Part shown: positions 24,731 through 36,086 of the stretch, in pieces
Numbering within the stretch: position 1 is the first letter of the stretch
Layout: each line of letters starts with the position of its first letter
From: Callorhinchus milii
Taxonomy: Eukaryota
DNA: 64,000 nucleotides
NCBI RefSeq assembly: GCF_018977255.1
Contig: NW_024704743.1
Coordinates: 6,140,001 to 6,204,000, forward strand
Direction of reading: 5' to 3'
Notes under the pieces: model-generated
What the model was told of the DNA's origin: nothing
Seen by the model: only the letters and a program-made list of their open reading frames with translations
Database searches by the model: none
Made by a program: the position numbers and the translations under genes

Positions 24731-26444
24731 ACTTGTTACAATGACACCCTAATTAAACCATTAAAGATGTTAATTTGGCCTCCCCCCAGCCCCATATCAA
24801 ATTGTCAACCTTCCTGTTCAAAACAATTGCAAGTCATGCAGGAACTTCCTTCTGACGTGGGTTTTTACCTTTGTGTAAAAGTATTCTGACTGTAAAAATA
24901 ATATCATGTAAACAATGTAACCCTATGCTTTCACCCAGCAAGGCTTCAGTGATCCAGAAAACTGGACATATTATTCTAACATTTAGTTTCCTTATACCAA
25001 CCTCAAAGGCATTAAATCATATGATGGCCATCACAAATAAACTTCCTGGAAACATTCCTGATATTGGCCTTCAGCCATCAAACTCGACCGTTGCAACTCC
25101 CTTCCTCTACCCTCTGACTCACCTCATCTTTATCTGTCTTTAGAAGCTGTCTAAAAGCCTACTATTCTGACTGTGCTTGCAGTGATTACCCTTCTCCCAC
25201 TTCCATTATTCTCTGTTCTCATTGCTGATGAATTGCGCTTCATAAATGCAAGTTGGTGTTATCTGTCAATTTGAATCAATTTGAATCAAACTAAAACGAA
25301 GGTCCCTTGGACGAATAGGGAAATTGAAATAAATGACGTAAAAGTGGGGAATCTTCACTAAATGTAAAGATAATAATACAAAAGGAAATCTGGCAGCGAA
25401 TATAAAATATAGAAAGGAGGGAGAAAAGGAGATTCAAAAGGCCGAGGGGGGATAGGAAGGAACATAAAGAAAAATAATAAAGCATTTTATAAACACATGT
25501 TGAAGGAAGTCAATGAGGAAATGGTAGATGCTTTGACTACAGTTTTTTGAACATCCTTGGATACGAAAGTTTTGTGAGGAGACTGGAGGCTAGCTAATGG
25601 AACACTGCTGTAGAGGTGATGTAAAGGTGATGATATTTCAGCTCTACGTTGATTGCTACCCTAAGAAAGGTCTGGCACCTCTCTTACTTTCCAGAGCAGA
25701 CTCCCCGCCTAAGCCATTTCCCTTACAGTCTGCTCACCTTGAAATGTCTTTCTGAAGTGAAAGGTGCTATACAAATGTAATTTGTTGCTGTTGTTGTTTT
25801 ACCACTCCGTGTTTTTTTACTTCCCATTGTTTTGAGAAATTTCCCTGGTTTTGAAAACTCTCCCTTCTCAGACTCCATCCTCTGACACTAAACAGAAATG
25901 TGAAAGACCCAATAAACACAGGATATCTGTAAGAATTATGAGTGTTGATTGCTGGAGCTTCATCCCTGAGGCCAGGAACACATTCAGTTTCAATCGGGGA
26001 CAACAATGGTGGTTTCTTTAGCCTTCCTCTGATCAGGTAGATTGATGACTCCTCTGTGAGGTTGCTCAGTCAGAGTTGTTAATTGATGTTTGTTGTGCCA
26101 TTAAAACCGGAGGTGGGGTCTCCTTGGAGCTGAATTGGTGACGTGCCTGGCAATGGAATATAGGAATCAAGCCAATCCACTGTGACGGTCTCTAGTCCGG
26201 TTCCTGAGACAGGTGGGCCCGCAGTATTCCAGGGGCTGATGACACGTAACCTGGCTCATCGGCAGGACCTGGAAAGGCAGACAAGTCACTGGGGGCAGGA
26301 AGTCATCCCACTCAGCTCCTGATAACCCTGCAAGCCAAATCCTTAACAGGTAGGGTAGTTCTTTCTACCTGGAAAGGCAACGGGGAAGCTTGCCAGACAG
26401 CAATATCAATAGCAAGCTATGCAGTTTTAGCTGGTTTTGGTATC

Positions 26445-27030
26445 TTGTTTGACCCTCAACTGTCCTGTTTACTCCACATCCGTAACATGACCCACTCTGC
26501 CTTTCCCCACCTCCGCAATATTGCCCGGCTCCGCCACTGTCTCACAGCTCAGGCCGCCAAGACCCTCATACGCACATTCATAACATGCAAACTCCCTGCT
26601 TGTCGGCCTCCCCAACTGTTCCCTCCATAGCCTACAGATCATCCAGAACTCTGCAGCCCATGTTTTCTCCCGCACCAGCCTCCATGACCCTATCACCCCT
26701 ATCCTCGCTTGATTCCACTGGCTTCCCATTACACAGAGAATACAGTTCAAGATCCTGTTCCTCACTTTCAAAGCCCTCTACGACCTTGCTTCCCCCTACC
26801 TCTACGACCTCCTAACCCCTTACCAACCTGCCCACTCCCTCCACTCAGCAGGCTCTGGCCTGGTTCACATCCCCTGCCTTGGCCACCCTACTATTGGCGC
26901 GTGGGCTTCAGCCACTCTGCCCCCACCCTCTGGAACTCCATCCCGCAGTCCCTCTACCTTGACCCTTCTTTGCCTCCTTCAAGATCCATCTCAAGACCCT
27001 TGTCTTCGACCATGCCTTTGGTCATCTTCC
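26445..27030 (+). mobile_element. L2 LINE 3' fragment
   Basis: [15 protein letters not shown] and HWLP-type remnants. Confidence 0.85.
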
Positions 27031-27139
27031 TGTACCGCGATTTCCCCGTTGAAACTATTAGCAATGCTCTATGACATCGCCATGCTCTCCTGCCTCTATT
27101 AAAAGAAAAATAACTTTTTCTATCCCATCAATTTAAGAT

Positions 27140-27700
27140 AGTTATCAAACGAGCAACTGGGGAGGTTAGGAGGAATTTTTCACACATTTAGGATATAGAA
27201 TGCCCTGCCTGGAGCAATCGGATTGTTCAGACAGAATCCATATTAGCTTTCAAAAAAGAATTAGATAAATACCTGAAAAGGAGTAACTACAGGGGTATGG
27301 GGAAAGGGCAGGTAAATTTCCCCATATCTCAATCCAATAAATCGGACTGAAATGATTGCTCTTAAAAGAGACAGCACAGTCATGATAGTCCAAATGATCT
27401 TCTTTTGTGCTTCAAATTTCTATGCTTGACACTAAACGAAAACCTCTGCTTTCGTTTGGTAAAGTTGTAAACTTATAGAAAGTCACTTTTTGGTTTAGTG
27501 GAAAGTGCTTGCTCTTTAGCATGAAATTAGAAAAAAAATACAGAAGTACAGTGAAGAATACCTGCACATGCATCGAAACATAGGAACAGGAGTAGGCCAT
27601 TCAGTCCCTTGAGCCTAGTTTGCCATTCTATCAGATCATGACTAATCTGTACCTCAACTCCATTTACCCACCTTTGCTCCAAATCCCTAGATACCTGCCC
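27140..27700. mobile_element. CR1 LINE 3'-end remnants (+ about 27140-27430; - about 27578-27700)
   Basis: gttaggaggaatttttcac...ttagataaatac; reversed tail cataggaacaggagtaggccattcagtccc. Confidence 0.6.
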
Positions 27701-28822
27701 ATTTATTGGGTTTATGTACATTTTTTTAGTAAATAAAAGTAATTTAGAGTCGCTTCTGTTTTCTTTCCTTGCTCTTTCGCCACCATCATTCCAGACAAAT
27801 TCCGTACATCTGTCGAATGCTCAGTAGTCTAGTTTGGATACTTCTTAGCACAGCGATAGGGTTGAGTGTGTGTAAGATACCCAGTTGTCCAAAAGCAATC
27901 CTCGATAATGCTTTCAGACTAGACACATTTGGCTCAAAATTCATCTGCCCTGAAAGAGTTAAAGGATTTTAAAATTTAAGAGTAAAAAATTTTTCATGGA
28001 AATGTTAACACCACTCAATTCCAGTGCGTGAATGATAGGCTGTAGAATGCAGTACAATACGATTTACATTTCTATATCACCTTTCACGTCGCAAGGACTT
28101 CCCAAAGCACATTCACAGTTGTGGGTGGGCACCTGAGCTGGGGTAGGTGCCAAGGGGAAAGATGATCGAGCATAGCCAGGAGAAAAGGATTCAGTGACGC
28201 TGGAACAATTTTAATAGTGGGGATGCTGAAACCTCCACGCTGTTAATAATAATAATAATAATCCTTGCATTTGATATTGTGCCTTATCACATCTTCAACA
28301 ATCCCGAGCCCTTTGTGGGTGCCAGTCTACCACTGCCTGGTTACCCCAAAAATCTAGGAATAAGTCGAAGAAAACAATAGTTGCTATGCAAGTGTTCATA
28401 GCTTTTCACCGACTTGTTTTTTTAAAAAAATTACTTAGCTTGAGGCTCTAAATCAGAAAAGGTGCTAATCGTACTGCATGACATGGTTAACCTTCCTCTT
28501 CAAATAAAATGTTTTTGAGACTCAGGTACACTTATAGGCACTTCAGTCTGCCCTCGGAATGGTTTTGCCACCTCAGTGAAAGTGTTACGACTGAAAAAAT
28601 TAATAGTGGTTACAATTAACTTTTCTGAACTTATTATGTAAATACTGTAATACTGTGCTTTCATGCTGCAAACTTTTCAATGATCTGGTCAATGGCAAAT
28701 CTAATTGTAACATTTGTTTCCTCATAGCAGTGCTTTCATCCTGCAAAGGTTTCTGTGATCTTTATGTCATATCAATCACACAGCCATGCAGTCTTATGAT
28801 TGAATGTTGCTTTGTTCTGGGA

Positions 28823-29433
28823 GGTGGGTGGAGAAGCACAAAAGCTGCACACACCTCCTGACCTATCTGTATTCCATGCTTGTATTTAAAGCATGAAGTG
28901 CCTGCGACCAAATAGCAGGAAAGGGAGCTGGAGGCATTGGACTGTTGCATGTTGACACGGTGACATGCTTGGTGGACAACAAAGACAGTCCCACAGAAAG
29001 TGAGGGAGTCCCAGCGCAAAGGTAAGACCAAACCATGAGAAGAAGACAGTGTGTTTGTACTGAATGTGAGGTCCAATACAATACATTTACACTTATATAA
29101 AACTAGCTGTACGTGTTAGATAGATATATTTCTTATTGCATAAGGGATATGGGGATAAGGCAGGGTTATGTTATTAGCTGGAGTTAGATTAGATTGAATG
29201 GTGGGGCAGGCGCGACGGGCCGAATGCCTACTCTTGCTCCTACATGTTATGTTTTGTTATGTTATGTTGCGGCTACGCTTACAACCAGTTTCATTTAATT
29301 GGTCTTCTCTCTTTCGTCTGCCATTTTTATTTGCCCTTGAAAGGCTGATCTTCGCACTTCATGCTTTAAATACAAGCGTGGAATTCAGGTAAGGTCAGGA
29401 GGTGCGTGCAGCCTTTGTGCTTCTCCACCCACC
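28823..29433. repeat. Inverted repeat pair, about 79-bp arms (28823-28901 and 29354-29433), about 90% identical
   Basis: ggtgggtggagaagcacaaaagctgcacacacctcctgacc...gcttgtatttaaagcatgaagtgc is the reverse complement of the second arm. Confidence 0.9.
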
Positions 29434-30309
29434 GGTCACAGCGAAATCTGGAAAACTGACATTCGGTTATCTCTTAAGAATAAGAAAATGTGCTGTTGAA
29501 CTCATTAGCATCCCTTGTTCACATATCCTTTTGGGAGGACTCCTGTGGGAGGACACCTAGTTGGGAGGACTCTTGACACATAGACAGACATTTTGTCTTT
29601 ATTAGTATAAGATGTATTTCTCTAATTCATTATTAATTATTATTAATTATAATTATTAATTATACAAATGTAATTTTGTTTTTGTTGTTCTCTAGAAGGG
29701 TGTGTGACCTCTGTTGTTACTTTGTTGCAGAATACCATATATACCTTTTTTGGGGCTTAATTAAAGCATTTTAAAAAATATCTTTTGATACAGCTCATCA
29801 ACGATAGGTGATCCCCAGAAAAAAAATATGCCTATGACGCTCCCCATACAAGACCTTTCCGATGGGGTAAAAGCCATGTCTCTACGTCAATTGGTTATTG
29901 CATTCTTGGCAGACAGACAGGCATTTCGTCTTCATTAGCAGAGAAGACTAATAATAATTCTGACATTTAATATAGTGCCATTCGAATCAGGAGGCAGTCT
30001 CAGAACGCTTCAAAGGAGGCAATATTAATCACCTGGTGCTGGACTGGTCAGTTGGTAGCATGTTTGTCTTTAAGTCTTTAAGTTCAAGCCTGACACTGGG
30101 ACTTTGAGCTCACAGGCTAAACTGAAATATTATATACTAATGATCTGAATTCCCATACCAGTGTAAGATAGTTACTTTTGCAGTTAATACCAAATTGGGG
30201 GGAACTGTGGAATTATAGGAGGCAACAAAGATGCTATAAAGAGAGCTTGATAAGGTATACACATAGGTTGATAACAGACAAATTATGTTTAATACAGATA
30301 AATGCAAAG

Positions 30310-30609
30310 TAATAATAATCCTTGCATTTCATACAGCGCTTTTCATGTCTTCTAGACGTCTCAAAGCGCTTCACAGGATAGGTTGTAAAGTGACTGTATA
30401 TTTGCGGGCGAAACGCGGCAGCCAATTGCGCACAGCAGTGTCCCACAAACAGCCGTGGATTGAATGACCAATTTATTATTGTTTTATTTTGAGGGATTAT
30501 TATCAGGCGTTTGGAGGAAGGAAACTTGCCCAAGGTTTCACTCTGCCGGGAATCGAACCCAGGTCTCGCTTGCAAAGCGAGTGCTCTAACCACTGAGCTA
30601 CAGGACTCC
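30310..30609 (-). mobile_element. tRNA-Ala(UGC)-headed SINE with L2-type tail, inserted in a CR1 remnant
   Basis: Reverse complement of GGAGTCCTGTAGCTCAGTGGTTAGAGCACTCGCTTTGCAAGCGAG...GGTTCGATTCC; (ATT)n tail. Confidence 0.9.
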
Positions 30610-31038
30610 ATAGGAAGTCAATGTACTTCCATGGTTGGATTTGAAAAAAACACTTTAGCAGCTGGTGAATCCCATTCCTTCACAGGATTCACTGTAGCGT
30701 GTAATGACTGTTTATAGTGTAGGTGAGTGCGGCAGCTAATTTGCGCACTATCTCACAAATAGCAATGTTTCATAAACAGCCACAAAGTGAGTGATAAATT
30801 TTATCTGGGGCGTTGTTGGCCAGGGCACCGAGAGAAACTGCCCTATCTTTTCAAATTGCGCCATAGGATCTTTGAGATTCACCTGAACAAGCAGATGGGA
30901 CCCTAGTTAAAGTCTCACGATGACACCTCTTACAATGCAGTGCACCTCCAGCACTGTACTGGAGCATCAGCCTAGACTATGTGAGTTTAAATGTAGAGTT
31001 ATTACATTAACCCTACATTAACCCTACATATTACATGT

Positions 31039-31365
31039 GGAGTCCTGTAGCTCAGTGGTTAGAGCACTCTCTTTGCAAGCAAGACACCTGGGTTCGATTC
31101 CCAGCGGGATGAAACCTTGGGCAAGTTTCCTTACTCCACACGCCTAATAATGATCCCTCAAAAAAAGACAATAATAAATTAGTCATTTCAATCCACGACT
31201 GTTTGTGGGACACTGCTGTGCGCAATTGGCTGCTGCATTTTGCCCACAAATATACAGTCAATTCTCTTTACAGTCTATTCTGTAAAGCGCTTTGAGACGT
31301 CTAGAAGACGTGATAAGACGCTATATCAAATGCATGGATTATTATTATTATTATTGTTATTATTA
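31039..31365 (+). mobile_element. tRNA-Ala-headed SINE, full length
   Basis: A box tagctcagtggttagagc, B box gggttcgattcc, core gctgtgcgcaattggctgc, (att)n tail. Confidence 0.9.
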
Positions 31366-31516
31366 GCTACATTATGTCACATTAATAAGAATAAATGTAG
31401 ACCCCAGTGGAATTTTAGCCCAAATAACAATTACTTTCCAACACCCATTGACTGCTGCAATATTCAATGCCATTCTTTTTGTTTCTTCAGTTTACGATAG
31501 GTATCAACAGCAAAAC

Positions 31517-31574
31517 ATGGATAAAAATAATGAAGAAATAGCTATTGTTGGAATTGGATGCAATTTTCCCGGAG
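31517..31574 (+). CDS. pks1: Type I iterative polyketide synthase, coding exon 1 (KS N-terminus)
   Basis: aacATGG Kozak; MDKNNEEIAIVGIGCNFPG(G), the canonical KS start; donor GGAG|gtagga, phase 1. Not in the ORF track. Confidence 0.92.
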
Positions 31575-31728
31575 GTAGGAATTTATGATGTATGAATTGT
31601 AAACAACAACTACTTACACTTATAAAGCGTCTTTCAGGGAATGGCCTTGATGCATTTGAGCATCAAAGAAATGTTTTTTCAGAAGACCTTTAAAAGATGG
31701 TCAGAGAATAGGTGAGGGGGTGAGAGAT

Positions 31729-32047
31729 GGAGTCCTGTAGCTCAGTGGTTAGAGCACTCGCTTTGCAAGTGAGAGACCTGAGTTCAATTCCAGGCAGAGG
31801 GCGAAACCTTGGGCAAGTTTCCTTACTCCACACGCCTAATAATAATCCCTCCAAAACCAAAACCATTAATAAATTGGTCATTTTCAATCTACGACTGTTT
31901 GTGGGACATTGCTGTGCGCAATTGGCTGCCGCGTTCGCCCACAAATATACAGTCAATTCACTTTACAGCGTGTTCTGTGAAGCGCTTTGGGATGTCCTCT
32001 CGACATGAAAAGCACTATATCAAATGCAAGGATTATTATTATTATTA
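31729..32047 (+). mobile_element. tRNA-Ala-headed SINE in PKS intron 1
   Basis: Same family as 31039-31365; flanked by atggagt on both sides. Confidence 0.9.
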
Positions 32048-32812
32048 TGGAGTGATTTGGGGAAACCATTCCAGTAAGTAGAGACATACTGGCTGAATGA
32101 TGACCTGCTAACTCTGGATCGGAGGCGGCTAGGGACACAAAGCAGGCCTGAGTTAACTGAGTGGAAGGGGAGGGCAAGAGAGTGAGGTTGGAGAAGGTCA
32201 TAGAAGTAAGGAGGGGTGAAAACATGTAAAAACTTGTAGGTGAGGACTTTGAAATTGATCTGTGGGAGACCGTGAGGCAGTGGATCCTGACAAGGTTGGG
32301 AGTAATGGACATGCAAAGGTTAGTGCCAGAAAGGCTGTAAACAATCAAATATTGGAAAAGCTGGAGCATGTAGATAGTACAGCTGGGAGACATTGGATAA
32401 ATCCAGTCTGGAGGTGACAAGGTGGTAGATAAGGGTTTCAGCAGCATTGGACATGAGGTAGCGATGAAGGTGATCAATATGATAAAGGAGCATTGTCTTG
32501 ATCAGGGACTAGATATAGAGAATGAAAAAGAGGAGAGTAGATTTCATCAGCATTGAGCTCTAAGAAGTGGAGTCTCCCTTAGGACTTGCTGTCTGTTAGA
32601 ATTTTAAGAAATAAAGGGCTAAAATTTGTGGAATTCCTGAAAGCATTTCTTGCGCTAATTAAGAAAAGGAATGCGTTCAGTAATAATCCAAAATTTGTTC
32701 CTTATCTCTTTAATTAATGCTTTAATAGGCTTGCTAACATTGTTGCATATAATACAGTGATATCTGAGAGTAGAGGAACTTCCAGTCTTAATTCTGTTCT
32801 TTTCTGTAACAG

Positions 32813-32966
32813 GAGAAGGCATTGAAAACTTCTGGAGAGTTCTTCTTGAGGGAAGAAACTGCGTTGTGGATATCCCACCAGATCGTTTTGATACACAATT
32901 CTGGTATGATCCCGATGACAACAAGCCTGGAAAAATGCGCACAAAGCGAGCGTCTCTCATTGAAGG
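32813..32966 (+). CDS. pks1: PKS exon 2 (KS)
   Basis: ctgtaacag|GA GAA GGC ... EGIENFWRVLLEGRNCVVDIPPDRFDTQFWYDPDDNKPGKMRTKRASLIE(G)|gtaatg; phases 1 and 2. Confidence 0.93.
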
Positions 32967-33200
32967 GTAATGATGTGTCTTTACAATTACATCTTTTATA
33001 TTGATTCAAAATACTAATATTTGTAGCTGCAAAACAAATACTTTTTGTGTGAGCTGGACACTAAACATTGGTAGCACGTAATTGCAAATCAGTGAAGAAT
33101 GATTAACCACTTTGATAGATTCATTCATTATCACAAAGCCTTTTAACTCTGAAACATGAAATAAAACCAATCCAATTTGTTTCTTCTCTGCAATTGATAG

Positions 33201-33361
33201 GTTCAATGACTTTGATTACAAGTTGTTTGGCATTAACAACACAGAAGCTAACTGCATGGATCCCCAGCACAAGCTTCTCTTGGAATGCACGTACAGAGCT
33301 CTCGAAAATGCAGGGATGCCCCAGGAGGATCTTAGTGGGAGTAAAACAGGGGTTTTTATTG
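33201..33361 (+). CDS. pks1: PKS exon 3 (KS)
   Basis: ttgatag|G TTC AAT ... FNDFDYKLFGINNTEANCMDPQHKLLLECTYRALENAGMPQEDLSGSKTGVFI(G)|gtgagt; MDPQ motif; phases 2 and 1. Confidence 0.95.
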
Positions 33362-33838
33362 GTGAGTAGATGCCTGTTGCCCAAAATAATAGCCTATTTG
33401 TTTTACCATCAGTGATTTTGTCAGTTTGATGAAATTTTTTTCATAATTCATAGAATTAAGTGTCTATTTTTATATTAAATGAATATCTTTATGTACAGAA
33501 ATATTACATAAAGCCTAACACTCAAGCAGACCATTAATAATTTTTACTGTCTTAAAACAGAGTTAGTAAGATAGAATTAGTAAGATATTTAGCGTTTCTC
33601 TCTGAAAAAGTAATGCAGTACTTTGCAGTAGAGCTCTGGTTATTCACATGCTAATTATTCACTGTTATCAGCATCGGGGCTTTGATGGGGGTTGAAATAT
33701 GAATGCAATTTAATCACTCTAAGAAATGTTTTTAAGCTATATAAATGTGTGCTATATAAATGAAAGTTGTTGTTGTAATAGCAACTTCATAACTTGCTTC
33801 AGTCTGGCTCAGTTGATAGCACTCTTGCCTTTCACCGT

Positions 33839-34150
33839 GGAGTCCTGTCGCTAAGTGGCTTGAGCACTCGCATTGCAAGCGAGAGACCTGAGTTCAATTC
33901 CAGGCAGGGCGAAACCTTATTCCACACCCCTAATAATAATCCCTCCAAAAAAACAAAACAATGATAAATTGGTCATTTTCAATCTACGTCCGTTTGTGGG
34001 ACACTGCTGTGCGCAATTGGCTGCCGCGGTCGCCCACAAATATACAGTCAGTTCACTTTACAGTATATTCTGTGAAGCGCTTTGGGACGTCTAGAAGACG
34101 TGAAAAGCGCTATATCAAATGCAAGGATTATTATTATATTATTATTATTA
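33839..34150 (+). mobile_element. tRNA-Ala-headed SINE nested in an older Deu-SINE (about 33800-34690)
   Basis: Head ggagtcctgtcgctaagtgg..., (att)n tail; the Deu-SINE head lies upstream and its body resumes downstream. Confidence 0.85.
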
Positions 34151-34195
34151 TTTCAATCAGAGGTTTCTGGGTTTAGGCTCTATGTCAGTTTAGGC

Positions 34196-34458
34196 CAGGG
34201 TGGTCCAACTAATGGCCCGCAGGCCTCATCTGGTCCGGGGATGATTTCATCCAGCCTGCAAACCATTCCCAACTTATTATTATTATTGGTTGACGAACAA
34301 ATACATGTGACGCACAGGGCCTGAGCCAATCAGGACATGGTCACCATGGGCTCAGGCTCTGCCCAGCAGAGGCACTGGACAATCGGGATAAAATATTATG
34401 TGGCTCCCAGATGTTTCCCAAATCCGGCCCTTAGCAGCCAAAAGGTTTGACATCCCTG
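34196..34458. mobile_element. hAT (Charlie-like) MITE with 8-bp target-site duplication
   Basis: Termini CAGGGTGGTCCAACT and AGGTTTGACATCCCTG; subterminal GGCCCGCAGGCC; flanks GTTTAGGC (34188-34195) and GTCTAGGC (34459-34466). Confidence 0.85.
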
Positions 34459-35022
34459 GTCTAGGCTGACACTGCAGTGCATTGCTGGAGGTAAATTGCA
34501 TCGCTGCAGGAACTAACCTTCAGGTAAAACTTTAATCTGTCTGTTCAGGTGAATGTTAAACATCCTATGGCATCATTAGAAAACAGGAGGCAGTTTCTCC
34601 TGGGGTCCTAGCAAAGAATCCCCCAAATAAAATTGGTCACTCACTTCATGGCTGTTTGTGGGACATTGCTGTGCACAAATTGGTTTGCACAGTATTGTAG
34701 TCTGCCGGTTACGTGCGATTATCAAAGCTCGTGCCTGCATCAAAGCCCCTTCTGAATCTGATTAAAGTCTGGAAAGAAAGCTGTCTCTTTCAAAAGGTGG
34801 AATACCTTTTGTTAATCTTGTAACAAAACAGTAATCAGTAGATGAATGGTATTTGTGTTTTTTGTTCTCATAAATTTTGCTTAATATTGCAAACGCCTGA
34901 ATCCGACTGAGTACTATATCATGTGATTTTATATAGCTGGGTAACTAGCATTCAGTTTTATTTTGTCTAAAAGTAGACTTGGTTATCACTCTGATATAAC
35001 AGTTCCATTGTCTTTTCTTTAG

Positions 35023-35226
35023 GGCTCATGAATAGAGACTTTGAAGCGATATTGAATAATTCAGCCAACAGAATCAGCCACTATAATGGCACTGGTACAG
35101 CAATGAGCATAGCTGCAAATAGGATTTCGTTCACCTTCAACTTTACTGGACCATCACTGGCTATAGACACAGCGTGCTCTTCATCTCTGGTCGCTCTACA
35201 CTACGCTTCTCAGGCCATCAAACAAG
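35023..35226 (+). CDS. pks1: PKS exon 4 (KS active-site Cys)
   Basis: ttctttag|GG CTC ATG ... AANRISFTFNFTGPSLAIDTACSSSLVALHYASQAIKQ(G)|gtacca; phases 1 and 1. Confidence 0.96.
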
Positions 35227-35904
35227 GTACCAAAAAACACTTCATTTTTATAAATACTGATTGTATGTACACTATTATCTGTTACAAATTAAAGATAAAT
35301 CAAAGGTTCAAGTTTAAATTCAATACCTTATAGCCAGCAGATACATAAATAAAGGGTTAAGGCATCGGCAAAGTAACAGCTTTCAGAAAGCCCATCGCAT
35401 GTGGTTCTGATGTCTCTCTGTCCTGCGGAGAAGTAGGTTTCATGTTCCAGTCCTGAACATGTTACTAACAGATGTCTCTTCTGTCCTGGAGGAGTGTTTG
35501 TTTACAGGTGCAATGGAACAATATGACAAGTGAGAGCAAGGGCCCCTGTGCTCATACCTGCAGATCTGACGGTGACAAGCTTGCTGTAGCTAGAGGATAT
35601 GGTGCAGCTGCAGGTCTCAAACAAAATGGATGTGTCAACTGATCAGTGATTTACTCCCTTGTCTCTTCCCTTTCCATTCTGTTCTAACTTAGATCTGTCT
35701 GCTCAGATCTCCTTTTGGGAAAAGTAAGAACCTGTAGAATTGTAATGCTACTTGTCCAGTATTGGTGCCTGCACAAAATCTATCTTATATCATAGATACC
35801 ATGCCTAGTTGAATGCTAGTCCATATTCACAATCTAAAGCACTATTATTTAGCCTGGATTTTTATTCATAGACAATGATTCAGAATCACATTTTGCTCTT
35901 TCAG

Positions 35905-36086
35905 GCGATTGTGAAATGGCTGTTTGTGGAGGAGTGAGCTGCATCATTGAACCGTGTGTCAATGTAGTGCTTAGTAAAGCAAAGATGATATCTCCAGATG
36001 GAATGTGCAAACCATTCTCTAAGAAAGCTGATGGGTATGGGAGAGGAGAAGGATGTGGAATTCTTCTGTTGAAACCATTGGCAAAG
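35905..36086 (+). CDS. pks1: PKS exon 5 (KS)
   Basis: tttcag|GC GAT TGT GAA ATG ... KPFSKKADGYGRGEGCGILLLKPLAK|gtaaac; phases 1 and 0. Confidence 0.95.

Noticed and set aside
29532..29570. CRISPR-like spaced TGGGAGGAC repeats
   Set aside because: Only three 9-bp units with very short spacers, in vertebrate DNA with no cas genes.
31039..31115. tRNA-Ala(UGC)-like sequence (also at 31729, 33839, 45001, and reversed near 30600 and 63200)
   Set aside because: Each continues into a common SINE body, and most into an (ATT)n tail, without a proper acceptor stem. These are SINE heads, not tRNA genes.
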